A DNA stretch of 24,000 bases from Salibacterium lacus (GCF_042684865.1 NZ_JBHUML010000005.1:204186-228185), one strand, 5' to 3'. Positions 1-8,084 are shown, counted from the first letter of the stretch. The notes: generated by a model from the letters alone, not told the origin. Numbers and translations: made by a program.

Positions 1-35
1 TCAGGATTTATTTATACACAAAACGAAGGAGGAGA

Positions 36-752
36 ATGACGGTGAAAAACATTCAATGGAAGCTGACCGCTGATCTATTGAGAAAACAGGCAACATGGAC
101 CGTCTCGCTGCTGGCTGCCATCGCTGCGTTATATATTGTCATGATTGTCGTTGCCGCACAGGGGAATACTCCCGCAAACTTCCTGACGTTTTTCTACGAG
201 CCGGCAAAACTGTTTATGCTCGTGATTGCGATTTTTCTTTCTTACTCGTTTCTGGATACGTACATCAAGCTGGGGGTGACGCGGAGGCAGTTTCTTACCG
301 CCAATGGCATGACAGCTGTGCTGCTGGCGGCAGGTCTGACTGCCGCCGCCGGGGTTCTTACAGGCATTCAGTACGCTGCGATGAATGGGATGGGGTGGTC
401 TTCGATGATAAACACGAATACCTTCATGAGCCTGGATATCGGCATGGCTGCTGCCCTTCCTATCTGTTTTCTCAATCTGATCATGTATCACTTCGTCGGC
501 TGGCTGATCGGAGCAGGATTTCACCGCTATGGATGGCTTCCGGGCATAGGATTTGCCGCAGGGGGGATTGCTCTCTCAGCCGTCTCTGATATGTTATGGG
601 GATTCGAAACCATCGAGGTGCTCTCCGTGTTATTATCCCTGGAATCGGGAGCGGTCGCAGGCGTCCTTTCCATCACAGCCGCCGTGCTGTTGATCCCCCT
701 TGTCTTTTTCTTCATTTGGCAGATTACGAGGAAAGCAGCGGTTCGTTCTTAG
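36..752 (+). CDS. multi-pass membrane protein, function unknown (possibly ABC-2-type permease-like)
   Basis: Complete 238-aa ORF. AAGGAGGAG Shine-Dalgarno sits just upstream of ATG 36. Several long hydrophobic segments. Followed by a rho-independent terminator. No diagnostic motif recognised. Confidence 0.8.
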   Translation: MTVKNIQWKLTADLLRKQATWTVSLLAAIAALYIVMIVVAAQGNTPANFLTFFYEPAKLFMLVIAIFLSYSFLDTYIKLGVTRRQFLTANGMTAVLLAAGLTAAAGVLTGIQYAAMNGMGWSSMINTNTFMSLDIGMAAALPICFLNLIMYHFVGWLIGAGFHRYGWLPGIGFAAGGIALSAVSDMLWGFETIEVLSVLLSLESGAVAGVLSITAAVLLIPLVFFFIWQITRKAAVRS

Positions 753-957
753 GAAAAAAATAAAGGGAACCCCGATGCACGCATATGACGCTGCGGCATC
801 GGGGTTTTTCTCGATCGATTCTCGTGATTTCCTGATTGATTCTGTTATTTCTCGATCAATTCTCAGTCGATTCCTGTATTTCTCGATTGATTCTCCCGAT
901 TTCTCGATTGATTCTCTCGATTTCCCGATCGATTCTCCACATCTCCGCTTCGATCCC
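738..957. repeat. copy A of a ~200-bp repeat: gene 3' end and terminator hairpin plus a phased array of GAT(T)TCTC-like half-sites
   Basis: Aligns by eye at roughly 85% with 3287-3492. Contains 13-14 half-sites (TTCTC/TTCTG/TTCCT cores at 810, 821, 831, 842, 851, 862, 873, 882, 893, 903, 914, 924, 935, 943) spaced 8-11 bp apart. Confidence 0.85.
770..810 (+). terminator. rho-independent terminator of the 36..752 gene
   Basis: Stem CCCCGATGC (770-778) pairs with GCATCGGGG (796-804). The loop is 17 nt and the stem is followed by TTTTT (805-809). Confidence 0.7.
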
Positions 958-1170
958 CGACTTTATCTACCTGGATAGCAGCTTGCTCTTCATAAAAGGA
1001 GAGTAAGGCCGCCGGGACCAAAGCGTGTCCTGCCTTCATCCGCGGCAGTTCCCTCCAGAAACGAAAGCACCCGCCTCCGCCGTTCCACGACCTGCTGTGT
1101 AAAAGTCAGTCATGTTTTCTTCTCCAAGTTATGATTATTTGGTTATCCCGGGGTCGGGGGCGGATTCAGT

Positions 1171-2730
1171 CTATTCCGGTTGATTTTTTTCTTCCGATCC
1201 TTCAATACCCTGTTCCACTGCCATCTGCTTTGCCACTCTGGGAGCCAGCCACAGCACAGGCAGCATAATAATCGATACCGGAATCGCGGCGATAACAACG
1301 AACGACTGCAGCGCATCAATTCCGCCTTCTCCGATATTAATCAGAATAACCGCTATGATTCCCATAATAAGGGCCCAGAAAACGCGGACCGCTTTTGGCG
1401 GATTTTCTTCCCCCGTCACTCCCATGGACATCGAGTACGACATCGAGTCGGCCGTTGTGACCACGAATAAAATCGTCATAATCAGAAAGACCGTCGGCAT
1501 CAGCCACGCCAGCGGCATCTGCTGGGTCACCGCGATCATGGCAGCAGGGAGGCCGGCTTCATTCAACGGGCCGCTGACAGAGCCGGGATTCTCCATTTCA
1601 TAATGAATGCCGGATCCTCCGACGACGGTGAACCAGAAATTTGAAGTGACTGCTGTCAAAATAGATACAGCCACAAACACCTGACGGATCGTTCTTCCTC
1701 TTGAAATCCGCGCCACCAAAATCGCGACAAGCGGGCCGAAACCGATAAACCAGCCGAAGAAAAACAACATCCAGAAGCCGAGCCATCCTTGATCCTGCCG
1801 GTGGGTATGGATATTCATAAACTCGTTCAGATACGTGCCGTACGACGAAACAAAAGAATTAATAATAAATCCTCCAGCACCAAACACGACCAGAAAGCCT
1901 GCAACGATAATGGCGGTCCATACATTCAGACGGCTCAGACGCTGGATTCCTTTATGAATCCCCGTCACCGCCGAAATAATGACAATCGCGATCAACGCAC
2001 CAATAACAATCATCTGGGTCATAAACGCATCCGGAATCCCGTACAGCGCATTCAAACCATAACTGACCTGAAGGCCGAGAAACCCGATCGGTCCGATGGT
2101 TCCGGCGGCCGCTGCAATGATACAAAACGCGTCAATGACCGATCCCCATTTACTGGTTTCAAGCTTATCGCCGAAAATCGGGTACAGCATCGTCCGCGGC
2201 TTCAGGGACATCCCTTTATTGTAGTGGGCGTACATGATAATCAATGCACTTACCGCCCCGTACAGGGCCCATGCCGTGAAACCCCAGGACATGTAGCTCT
2301 GAGCCAGCGCCGGTGCGATGGCATCCGCTGTTCCCGCTTCAATACCGCTGTGCATCGGCGGCACTTCCATGAAATAATACATCGGCTCCGCTGCCGCCCA
2401 GAAGACGCCGCCCGCGCCCAGCCCCGATACGACAATAATGGATGTCCATTTGAACATGCTCATTTCCGGGGTGTTCCTGTTCCCCAGTTTCACTCTGCCG
2501 TACTTGGATATCGCCAGAAATACCCCAACGAAAAATGTAGCCAGCAGAAGAATCTGCCAGTACGCACCAAAATAATTAACAGAAAAATTGAATCCGGATG
2601 ATACAAATTGCGCTACGGCGTCAACGTTAATGAGTGCAACAAGCACAAATACCGTTAACAACCCTCCGCTGATGGAAAGAACGGGCCAGTCTATCCGCTC
2701 TTTGACCTGCTGCCAGGAATGACTGCTCAT
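1171..2730 (-). CDS. BCCT-family (betaine/carnitine/choline) transporter, OpuD-like
   Basis: 519-aa ORF with strong SD (AAAGGAGGAGGAAAAG-ATG). About 12 hydrophobic segments. BCCT signature region GWLGFWMLFFFGWFIGFGPLVAILVARISRGRTIRQ. Confidence 0.93.
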   Translation of the reverse strand: MSSHSWQQVKERIDWPVLSISGGLLTVFVLVALINVDAVAQFVSSGFNFSVNYFGAYWQILLLATFFVGVFLAISKYGRVKLGNRNTPEMSMFKWTSIIVVSGLGAGGVFWAAAEPMYYFMEVPPMHSGIEAGTADAIAPALAQSYMSWGFTAWALYGAVSALIIMYAHYNKGMSLKPRTMLYPIFGDKLETSKWGSVIDAFCIIAAAAGTIGPIGFLGLQVSYGLNALYGIPDAFMTQMIVIGALIAIVIISAVTGIHKGIQRLSRLNVWTAIIVAGFLVVFGAGGFIINSFVSSYGTYLNEFMNIHTHRQDQGWLGFWMLFFFGWFIGFGPLVAILVARISRGRTIRQVFVAVSILTAVTSNFWFTVVGGSGIHYEMENPGSVSGPLNEAGLPAAMIAVTQQMPLAWLMPTVFLIMTILFVVTTADSMSYSMSMGVTGEENPPKAVRVFWALIMGIIAVILINIGEGGIDALQSFVVIAAIPVSIIMLPVLWLAPRVAKQMAVEQGIEGSEEKNQPE

Positions 2731-2797
2731 CTTTTCCTCCTCCTTTATTTCCCATTTATTTCAAACGGTCCTTTAACACGAAAAACATTCTTTATGT

Positions 2798-3290
2798 TCA
2801 AACAGTCCTGCATATGTACCACTTCCCCGGCAAAATCACGAATCCCGCCGGAATCTTTTCATCCACCAGCTCCTTTTCTGCATTAAAATGGGAGGCATGC
2901 ACAAAGACATATCCAGCCCGGAAAAACAGCCTGCGATCAGCTTTAACTGATTTTCGCTGTCCATCCCAAGACCTTGTGGCGGCGTGTACGGACAGGCGCC
3001 AGATCAAATAAATTTTTCAGTGCCCCGGTAAACGATCCCTGAAAAATCGGCGTGCCGATAATATCATAATCCGCCACCTTCATTTTCTGAATGACGCGCC
3101 GGGTATCGCCTTGATACGCCCATGAGCCGCGCCCGTCGCAAAACGGAAGTTCATAATCCTTTACGTTCAGAAATTCCCCCTCGATATGCGAATCATGATA
3201 TTTTACCAATTCCAATGTTTTCTGTACAGCGTAAGCGCCCTGGGCAGCCACGAGTGGCTCTACGTCGCACAGAAAATGTAAGCGCCTCCG
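2798..3290 (-). pseudogene. NAD(P)H-dependent FMN reductase, decayed (5'-truncated and frameshifted)
   Basis: Central part reads as a flavin reductase (DYELPFCDG..., ADYDIIGTPIFQGSFTGALKNLFDL). The N-terminal beta1/phosphate-loop region and a credible start are missing where repeat copy B begins. The C-terminal part (...FVHASHFNAEKELVDEKI...) continues in another frame (ORF 2798..3007), so there is a frameshift near 2950-3000. Confidence 0.65.
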
Positions 3291-3492
3291 TCCGTTCTCA
3301 GGAGAAAAATAAAGAAAACCCCGATGCACGCACATGACGTTCGCGGCATCAGGGTTTTTCCCAATCAATTCTCCAAATTTCCTGATCGATTCTGTTATTT
3401 CTCGATCGATTCTCAGGCGATTTCTGTTTTTCTCGATTGATTCTCTCGATTTCTCGATCGATTCTCCGGATTTCTGCATCGATTCTGATTCT
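3287..3492. repeat. copy B of the ~200-bp repeat (orphan terminator hairpin plus phased half-site array)
   Basis: Hairpin CCCCGATGC (3319-3327) pairs with GCATCAGGG (3346-3354), followed by TTTTT, with no plus-strand gene upstream. 12-13 half-sites have cores at 3371, 3381, 3392, 3401, 3412, 3424, 3432, 3443, 3453, 3464, 3474, 3485 and 3491, a mean spacing of about 10.4 bp. Confidence 0.85.
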
Positions 3493-3506
3493 TTTTGCAT
3501 CACTCC

Positions 3507-3550
3507 CCCCCTTTTTTACCTGTGTCCCCTTATATAACAGGAAAAGGGGG
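3507..3550 (+). promoter_or_regulatory. inverted repeat / RNA hairpin that would sequester the Shine-Dalgarno of the wHTH gene
   Basis: CCCCCTTTT (3507-3515) pairs with AAAAGGGGG (3542-3550, the SD). Inner stem CCTGT (3519-3523) pairs with ACAGG (3537-3541). There is a 3-nt bulge and a 13-nt loop. The ATG is at 3558. Confidence 0.4.
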
Positions 3551-3557
3551 AACCGCT

Positions 3558-4235
3558 ATGGAACAGATTCAATCCGACGCCCATATGGAAACCGCTGTCC
3601 GCTATTCTTATTTTTCCTCGATCGACCAAATGGACCGGCACGTCAAAAAGCACCGCCGCACGCTCACCTGGCAGTCGACGGAGGACGCCGTGCTCTGCCT
3701 GCTCGCCCGGCGCTCACTCTCCTACCCCGGCACGAGCTGGATGAAAGTGAAAACGATCGCCGCCGCGGTCGGCAAAAGCCCGCGCACCGTGAACTACGCC
3801 CTGGCCGCCCTTGAGGAAAAAAAGATCATCCGCCGCATCCCGGTCATGCGCGAAACAAACGGCGGAAGCAGCAGCAACGTCATCGCGATCCTCCCGTATG
3901 CCGCGGATTGCAGCCCGTCTCCTGCAGACCGCCAAAACGCCGGAACCCCTTGCCGCGCAGGCGCTGAAGCGTCGGAGGCGTCCGGGGAATCAGTTTCTTT
4001 AGAATCACTTAAACAAGAAAAATATAAATATATGAGCTATTTGAATTTTTCCTGGTTAATTCATCACAAATGGAAAGACAACTGCGTGAAGCACGGCTCG
4101 GCTTATATGGAAAAAGTCGTCGAGTCGTTGATGCGGGAATATGAATACCGGCAGATGAAAGAACGCCTCCGGAAGCCCCGCCCGCGCCGCATGCCGCGGC
4201 CTGCGTTTCTCGACTATAACTGGCTTGAGCATTAA
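3558..4235 (+). CDS. winged-helix-turn-helix DNA-binding protein, plasmid/phage replication-initiator-like
   Basis: SD AAAAGGGGGA lies 7 nt before ATG 3558; 225 aa. The wHTH-like segment is AVLCLLARRSLSYPGTSWMKVKTIAAAVGKSPRTVNYALAALEEKKIIRRIPV...GGSSSNVIAILP. The C-terminus is basic. The gene sits immediately downstream of the phased repeat array. The ORF-track start at 3495 has no SD. Confidence 0.75.
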   Translation: MEQIQSDAHMETAVRYSYFSSIDQMDRHVKKHRRTLTWQSTEDAVLCLLARRSLSYPGTSWMKVKTIAAAVGKSPRTVNYALAALEEKKIIRRIPVMRETNGGSSSNVIAILPYAADCSPSPADRQNAGTPCRAGAEASEASGESVSLESLKQEKYKYMSYLNFSWLIHHKWKDNCVKHGSAYMEKVVESLMREYEYRQMKERLRKPRPRRMPRPAFLDYNWLEH

Positions 4236-4247
4236 TCGCTTTTCCGT

Positions 4248-4307
4248 AAAAAAAGCGCCATCGTTACGTTTGCCGTCTTTTTTCCCCGACAAACGTAACC
4301 ATGGCGC
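4248..4307 (-). terminator. rho-independent terminator (minus strand, downstream of the AraC-family gene)
   Basis: 18-bp inverted repeat GCGCCATCGTTACGTTTG (4255-4272) / CAAACGTAACCATGGCGC (4290-4307) with 1 mismatch and a 17-nt loop. A-run 4248-4254 on the plus strand gives a U-run after the hairpin on the minus strand. Confidence 0.6.
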
Positions 4308-4341
4308 TGTCATGATGACGTTTTTTCATCAAAAGCCGTCT

Positions 4342-4404
4342 CTAAACGTAAGGATGACACGTTCATGGTGACGTTTAGCTGTCTTCGGACAGGTATAAAC
4401 GTCA
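4342..4404. repeat. cluster of nested inverted repeats sharing an AAACGT/ACGTTT core
   Basis: GTGACGTTTA (4368-4377) pairs with TAAACGTCAC (4395-4404) and encloses CTGTC-TTCG-GACAG (4379-4392). CTAAACGT (4342-4349) pairs with ACGTTTAG (4371-4378). Counting the terminator arms, the ACGTT core occurs 7 times in about 150 bp. Confidence 0.55.
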
Positions 4405-4405
4405 C

Positions 4406-5284
4406 TTAAGAAGATGTCCGCTGGACCGGGATCCAGATTTCACTGCGGAAGCTGGTGGATGTCGTGTCGCTGCTTTCATTCCAGAGAATCTCCGGACCTT
4501 CCGCCGCTTCATAGCCGGAGCCGGGAAACCATTCGGAGTAAATCCGGCCCCAGACGTCCTGCAGCGCATCCGGAAACGCGCCGGCGGCTTCAAATACCGC
4601 CCACTCGGACGCCGGGACGCGCAGTTCATCCCAATGCACGGGCACATCGTTTGTAGTCGCCGCGCCGATGTAATGATCAAACGTCCCGTTTTCCTCCATA
4701 CGTCCTTCAGAAAAATGGGTGGACGCACTGATCAAGCCGGAAGGTTCGGTGTTGGACAAGGCTTTCAGCTCCTGGATGTTCGCTGAATCAAGCGACTGCC
4801 ACATCTCCTCAATCTCCGGACTCACCCCGTGGAACTGCACAGCCACTCTTTTTTTCAAGCCGGCGATGGAAAACGATTCTTTTTGTACGATACGATACTT
4901 CATGCTTTCTCCTCCTTGGATTGTCAGCTGGAAGGTCATCGGAGGATAGGCCTGCAGCGGTGCCCCATCCTTTTTCGCGCGGGAGGGGGAAACTCCGTGC
5001 TGCGCCTGGAACGCCCTCGTGAAAGCATCCGGCGAGTGGTATCCGTATTTCACCGCGGTATCCACGACTTTCGCACCGCCCTGCTGCAGCTCAACAGCCG
5101 CCAGCGTCAAGCGGCGCCGACGGATGTATTCGCCCAGTGTCATGCCGGCGAGAAACGAAAACATCCGCTGGAAATGGTAAGCCGAACTATAAGCGGTCCG
5201 CGCCGCTTCTTCCATATCAATCGTGTCAGCCAGATGCTCCTCCACATAGCGGAGCGCGTCATTCATCCGTTGCAGTGAATCCAC
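4406..5284 (-). CDS. AraC-family transcriptional regulator with C-terminal GyrI-like effector-binding domain
   Basis: N-terminal AraC HTH region ([37 protein letters not shown]...[22 protein letters not shown]), followed by a GyrI-like half ([16 protein letters not shown]...EIWIPV). The probable start is GTG 5284, preceded by GGGAGG with 7-nt spacing. The ORF itself is open to 5338. Confidence 0.9.
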   Translation of the reverse strand: MDSLQRMNDALRYVEEHLADTIDMEEAARTAYSSAYHFQRMFSFLAGMTLGEYIRRRRLTLAAVELQQGGAKVVDTAVKYGYHSPDAFTRAFQAQHGVSPSRAKKDGAPLQAYPPMTFQLTIQGGESMKYRIVQKESFSIAGLKKRVAVQFHGVSPEIEEMWQSLDSANIQELKALSNTEPSGLISASTHFSEGRMEENGTFDHYIGAATTNDVPVHWDELRVPASEWAVFEAAGAFPDALQDVWGRIYSEWFPGSGYEAAEGPEILWNESSDTTSTSFRSEIWIPVQRTSS

Positions 5285-5404
5285 ACGATGACCTCCCTCT
5301 TTGTAATCCTTTCTCCTGTATCGTATCAACAACAGCACCCGGCTTCCCGACTTTTTCTGCCCGATGCCGCAGGATTACCCTATAGAGCTGTGGAGATCTT
5401 TAAT

Positions 5405-5929
5405 TTATTCGGCTGATTCATAAAGTACATTTCCATTTTGACCGTAAATATTCACTTTCCAATCCGCTTTGAGGTTCATATCCTTTTCGTTCCTATTATA
5501 AAACATTATGAATCCTCGTTTATCTTTCACTAATTTTGATACAGTTTTACCATCATTAAAAACCACTTCTACTGTTTCTGCGTTTTGAATTAAATGTTTG
5601 TCATTTATGATAACGAAAGCGTGAGGAGCACTTCCTGTACTAGTCATCCCTGTGGATATCTTTCCCTGCCCATCACCAGACCAACTCGAATAGTTTTCTG
5701 TTATTTCCCCGTTACTTTTTGTAATTGTATACAAGCTGCTTTTACATAAAATAAAAGTTACGCCTCCGGTAGTTTCGATGGCTAAAGGCTCAATGTTCTT
5801 CTTTTCTATCATTTGTTCAATTTCCTCTTGTGATGGTGCAGAATAGTTTGACCCCTCCGCACCATTTGAGCACCCTATAGTTATTGATAAGATTATAGCT
5901 GAAAAAATAAATTTAGTGAAATGCTTCAT
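5405..5929 (-). CDS. lipoprotein, function unknown (AT-rich islet)
   Basis: Signal peptide plus lipobox MKHFTKFIFSAIILSITIGC-SNG. ATG 5929 is preceded by GGAAGGG. The gene is much more AT-rich than its neighbours. Confidence 0.75.
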   Translation of the reverse strand: MKHFTKFIFSAIILSITIGCSNGAEGSNYSAPSQEEIEQMIEKKNIEPLAIETTGGVTFILCKSSLYTITKSNGEITENYSSWSGDGQGKISTGMTSTGSAPHAFVIINDKHLIQNAETVEVVFNDGKTVSKLVKDKRGFIMFYNRNEKDMNLKADWKVNIYGQNGNVLYESAE

Positions 5930-6005
5930 AAAGACCCTTCCAAACATTCAATTTATTAAGCTGTATAAAACTTCCCTTTGGCCTGGTAGATAAGCAATAT
6001 CCTAT

Positions 6006-6407
6006 CTATTCGACAATTTGAACCAGTGGAATAGAGACTCTGTTCATCATGGAGAAAAAGCTGTACAACCCCGTGCCCATTAAAAACAGGACACAGGGAA
6101 CGGCGCTCAAGAGATACGTCCGCCGTCCTCCCGGGATGCGGGTGCGGTGCCACATGACGGCGAGGTACGCATAGTGAAGCACCGGCAGGAGAAAAATCAG
6201 GATGCGGTAGGAAGGAAACATAGTGAGGGTTAAAACTATAACGATGTGCACCATAACATACAGTGATTTATCTATGTATTTGTGCCGCTTATTAACATAA
6301 TCGGGATCAGACGCCGGAAGTTCTACAATGCCGCCCCGGCGCAGTATGTATGACAGGAATTCACTTAACACAGCAATGCCGGCTATAAGGGCAACTGGCA
6401 GCAGCAT
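6006..6407 (-). CDS. small integral membrane protein, function unknown
   Basis: ATG 6407 is preceded by AAGGAGAG. 133 aa with about 4 hydrophobic segments. The upstream part of the 163-aa ORF overlaps the neighbouring gene and has no SD. Confidence 0.65.
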   Translation of the reverse strand: MLLPVALIAGIAVLSEFLSYILRRGGIVELPASDPDYVNKRHKYIDKSLYVMVHIVIVLTLTMFPSYRILIFLLPVLHYAYLAVMWHRTRIPGGRRTYLLSAVPCVLFLMGTGLYSFFSMMNRVSIPLVQIVE

Positions 6408-6460
6408 CGTTTCGATTCTCTCCTTTTCTCTATCGATACTCAAAAGGCCGGTATCGCTTG

Positions 6461-6925
6461 TTATTCGGAATACGGCACACTCCGCGCCCGGCACCACTGC
6501 CGCATAAATTCGAGATACCCATCGAGCCGGTAAGCGTTCCAGTCTTCCTGAAGGCCGAGCTCCACGACGCGGTCCTGAAAACGTCGGAACCGGCCCGTCC
6601 CGGTCAACTCCCGCTCGAGCATCGTCCGCATCATCGGGTTGGAAAGCTCCCGGACAAATGCCTCCATCAGCGCGGACTCATCCACCTCGAGCCGGTTCGG
6701 CAGCGGCAGGTAGTCATCCTCTGTCGCCGCCACTACATCAGCGGCCGCGCGGAATTCCTCGTCATCACGCGCATCCGGCGCCTGCAGCTGCGCCCGCCGC
6801 AGCACGTCATCGCTGATCCGCAGGACCTCTCCCGTCTTTCGGTGCAGAAACATCGTCACCCCGTCCGGCGCATTCCGGACCGCTTCGAGCAGAGAGGATA
6901 GATTCACAGACTGTTCCACCTGCAT
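6461..6925 (-). CDS. UPF0158-family protein
   Basis: Strong SD (GAAAGGAGGAG-ATG). The acidic protein carries the family-typical features ...TGEVLRISDD..., DDYLPLP and TGTGRFRRFQDRVVELGLQEDW...WC. Confidence 0.8.
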   Translation of the reverse strand: MQVEQSVNLSSLLEAVRNAPDGVTMFLHRKTGEVLRISDDVLRRAQLQAPDARDDEEFRAAADVVAATEDDYLPLPNRLEVDESALMEAFVRELSNPMMRTMLERELTGTGRFRRFQDRVVELGLQEDWNAYRLDGYLEFMRQWCRARSVPYSE

Positions 6926-6958
6926 CTCCTCCTTTCCATTATGGTTCGCTGTACTATT

Positions 6959-7921
6959 TTAATCGTCACGTATCAAAAAACGCGGAACGACACGTATATA
7001 AACGAGTTCGCTGACAAGCTCTATCATCGTCTGGGTAATAACAACAGCAGCCACGATAGTGCCAATTTCCGGTATAGTCAGGGCAATAGGCAGCACAACG
7101 AGCGAATTCCGCGTGGAACAGCTGAAAATAAGAGCCCTTCCTTCGCCCGGCGCTAATCCAAACCACCGCGCCGCGTACTTCGCCACAAACGGCATCACCA
7201 TCATAAACACGATATATAACGGAATGACTTTTACAACCTGATCCGCATAATCCGGCAGTTTTGTCATTTGAGACGCCGTCACGACAAACAGCGTCAACAT
7301 CATAAAAGGAACCGGCAGCCACGCCGAACCTCGCAGCATCTTTTCACCAAATGCCCTGTTTTTCCCGACAAACTGTAACAACAGCGCTGCCGCGAGTGGA
7401 AGGACGATCAACCCAAAAAACGCTTCAAAGAAAGGAGCAGGCTTCACCATCGCGGCAGCATCCGCCCCCATAAACAGCCACAAATACACGGGCAGCAGAA
7501 CCATCTGCACGACGAATAATATCGGGGTCGACGTTAACACCAGGTTCTCATCTCCTTTTCCTAAGGAGGTAAACACAATGACATAATCAATACAAGGCGT
7601 TAACAGCACCAGGTAAAATCCAAGCAGCAGCGCAGGATTCTCAGGAAGCAGCTGGGATAACAGCCAGACTACGACCGGCACCAGGATAAAATTAACCAGA
7701 AGAAGCGCCTGGATATACGTTCTGTTCCGAAAAGCCTCTCTTAACGAAGCAAACGGAATCTGGGAAAACATACTGTACATTAACAATGCAATGATGATTG
7801 AAATCACAGCACCCAGGCGCTCCGCGTAAGATGGCAGCAGAAATCCGAATCCAGCCGCCATGATGAAACTTATGATATACATCCCCACCTGCTTCGTTTC
7901 CAGCTGCTCCTTCGTGACCAA
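6959..7921 (-). CDS. ACR3/bile-acid:Na+ symporter (BASS)-superfamily transporter ('arsenic resistance protein'-like)
   Basis: About 10 TM segments. The sequence style matches ACR3/BASS-like permeases (LVTKEQLETKQ...; LLTPCIDYVIVFT...; FSCSTRNSLVVLP). The likely start is TTG 7921, with GGAGG 8 nt upstream. The ORF is open to 7957, and ATG 7882 is an alternative start. Confidence 0.85.
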   Translation of the reverse strand: MVTKEQLETKQVGMYIISFIMAAGFGFLLPSYAERLGAVISIIIALLMYSMFSQIPFASLREAFRNRTYIQALLLVNFILVPVVVWLLSQLLPENPALLLGFYLVLLTPCIDYVIVFTSLGKGDENLVLTSTPILFVVQMVLLPVYLWLFMGADAAAMVKPAPFFEAFFGLIVLPLAAALLLQFVGKNRAFGEKMLRGSAWLPVPFMMLTLFVVTASQMTKLPDYADQVVKVIPLYIVFMMVMPFVAKYAARWFGLAPGEGRALIFSCSTRNSLVVLPIALTIPEIGTIVAAVVITQTMIELVSELVYIRVVPRFLIRDD

Positions 7922-8075
7922 TATCCTTCCCTCCCATTCTTCACAGACCTTTTCCAATAAATTATACAGAAAGACACCCCATTTTCACAAAAAACCAACG
8001 ATCCTTCAGAAAACAAACACCGCTTTCCGTATTTCTACCGGATGCGGTGCTGCTTCTCTTTTTCCACCCAACCTG

Positions 8076-8084
8076 TGGTATAAT
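8076..8084 (+). promoter_or_regulatory. extended -10 promoter element (TGgTATAAT) upstream of the 44-aa ORF
   Basis: TGGTATAAT at 8076-8084, 33 nt upstream of ATG 8117. No good -35 element is visible. Confidence 0.35.

Noticed and set aside
95-715. Alternative-frame and antisense ORFs within 36..752 (95..589, 129..524, 527..715)
   Set aside because: These are shadow ORFs overlapping a well-supported membrane-protein gene, with no SD and implausible composition.
1036-1113. 25-aa minus-strand ORF (MTDFYTAGRG...) with a GGAG SD, downstream of the BCCT gene
   Set aside because: It is too short, has no recognisable features, and lies in a region where neighbouring frames look like scrambled remnants. 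There is not enough support to call a gene.
1180-2601. Long plus-strand ORFs (e.g. 1789..2601, 270 aa) opposite the BCCT transporter gene
   Set aside because: These are antisense shadow ORFs in a G+C-rich gene. Their composition is Arg/Pro/His-rich and low-complexity, they have no SD, and they are fully nested in a gene with a clear family signature.
805-3492. CRISPR-array interpretation of the tandem repeats
   Set aside because: The units are only 10-21 bp and contiguous, with no unique spacers, and no cas genes are in the window. The structure is that of protein-binding iterons, not a CRISPR array.
700-3537. ORFs running through the repeat arrays. On the plus strand, 700..978 and 3334..3537 encode FSIDSxDF repeats. 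On the minus strand, 2943..3503 encodes ESIEKSR heptad-like repeats.
   Set aside because: The array unit is ~21 bp, a multiple of 3, and lacks stop codons, so frames stay open on both strands regardless of coding. The plus-strand ATGs are buried in the terminator stem without a credible SD in copy B. The minus-strand frame has no start codon in copy A (TAA immediately upstream), and in copy B it is fused to a decapitated FMN-reductase frame. I therefore treat these ORFs as non-coding artefacts, although a small repeat peptide cannot be formally excluded.
6458-6901. 147-aa plus-strand ORF opposite the UPF0158 gene
   Set aside because: Antisense shadow. The minus-strand gene has a strong SD and a recognisable family pattern.
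7990-8050. Hairpin CACCGC...GCGGTG upstream of the transporter and small ORF as a terminator or riboswitch
   Set aside because: The stem is short (6 bp), no upstream gene reads into it on the plus strand, and no conserved riboswitch motif is recognisable.
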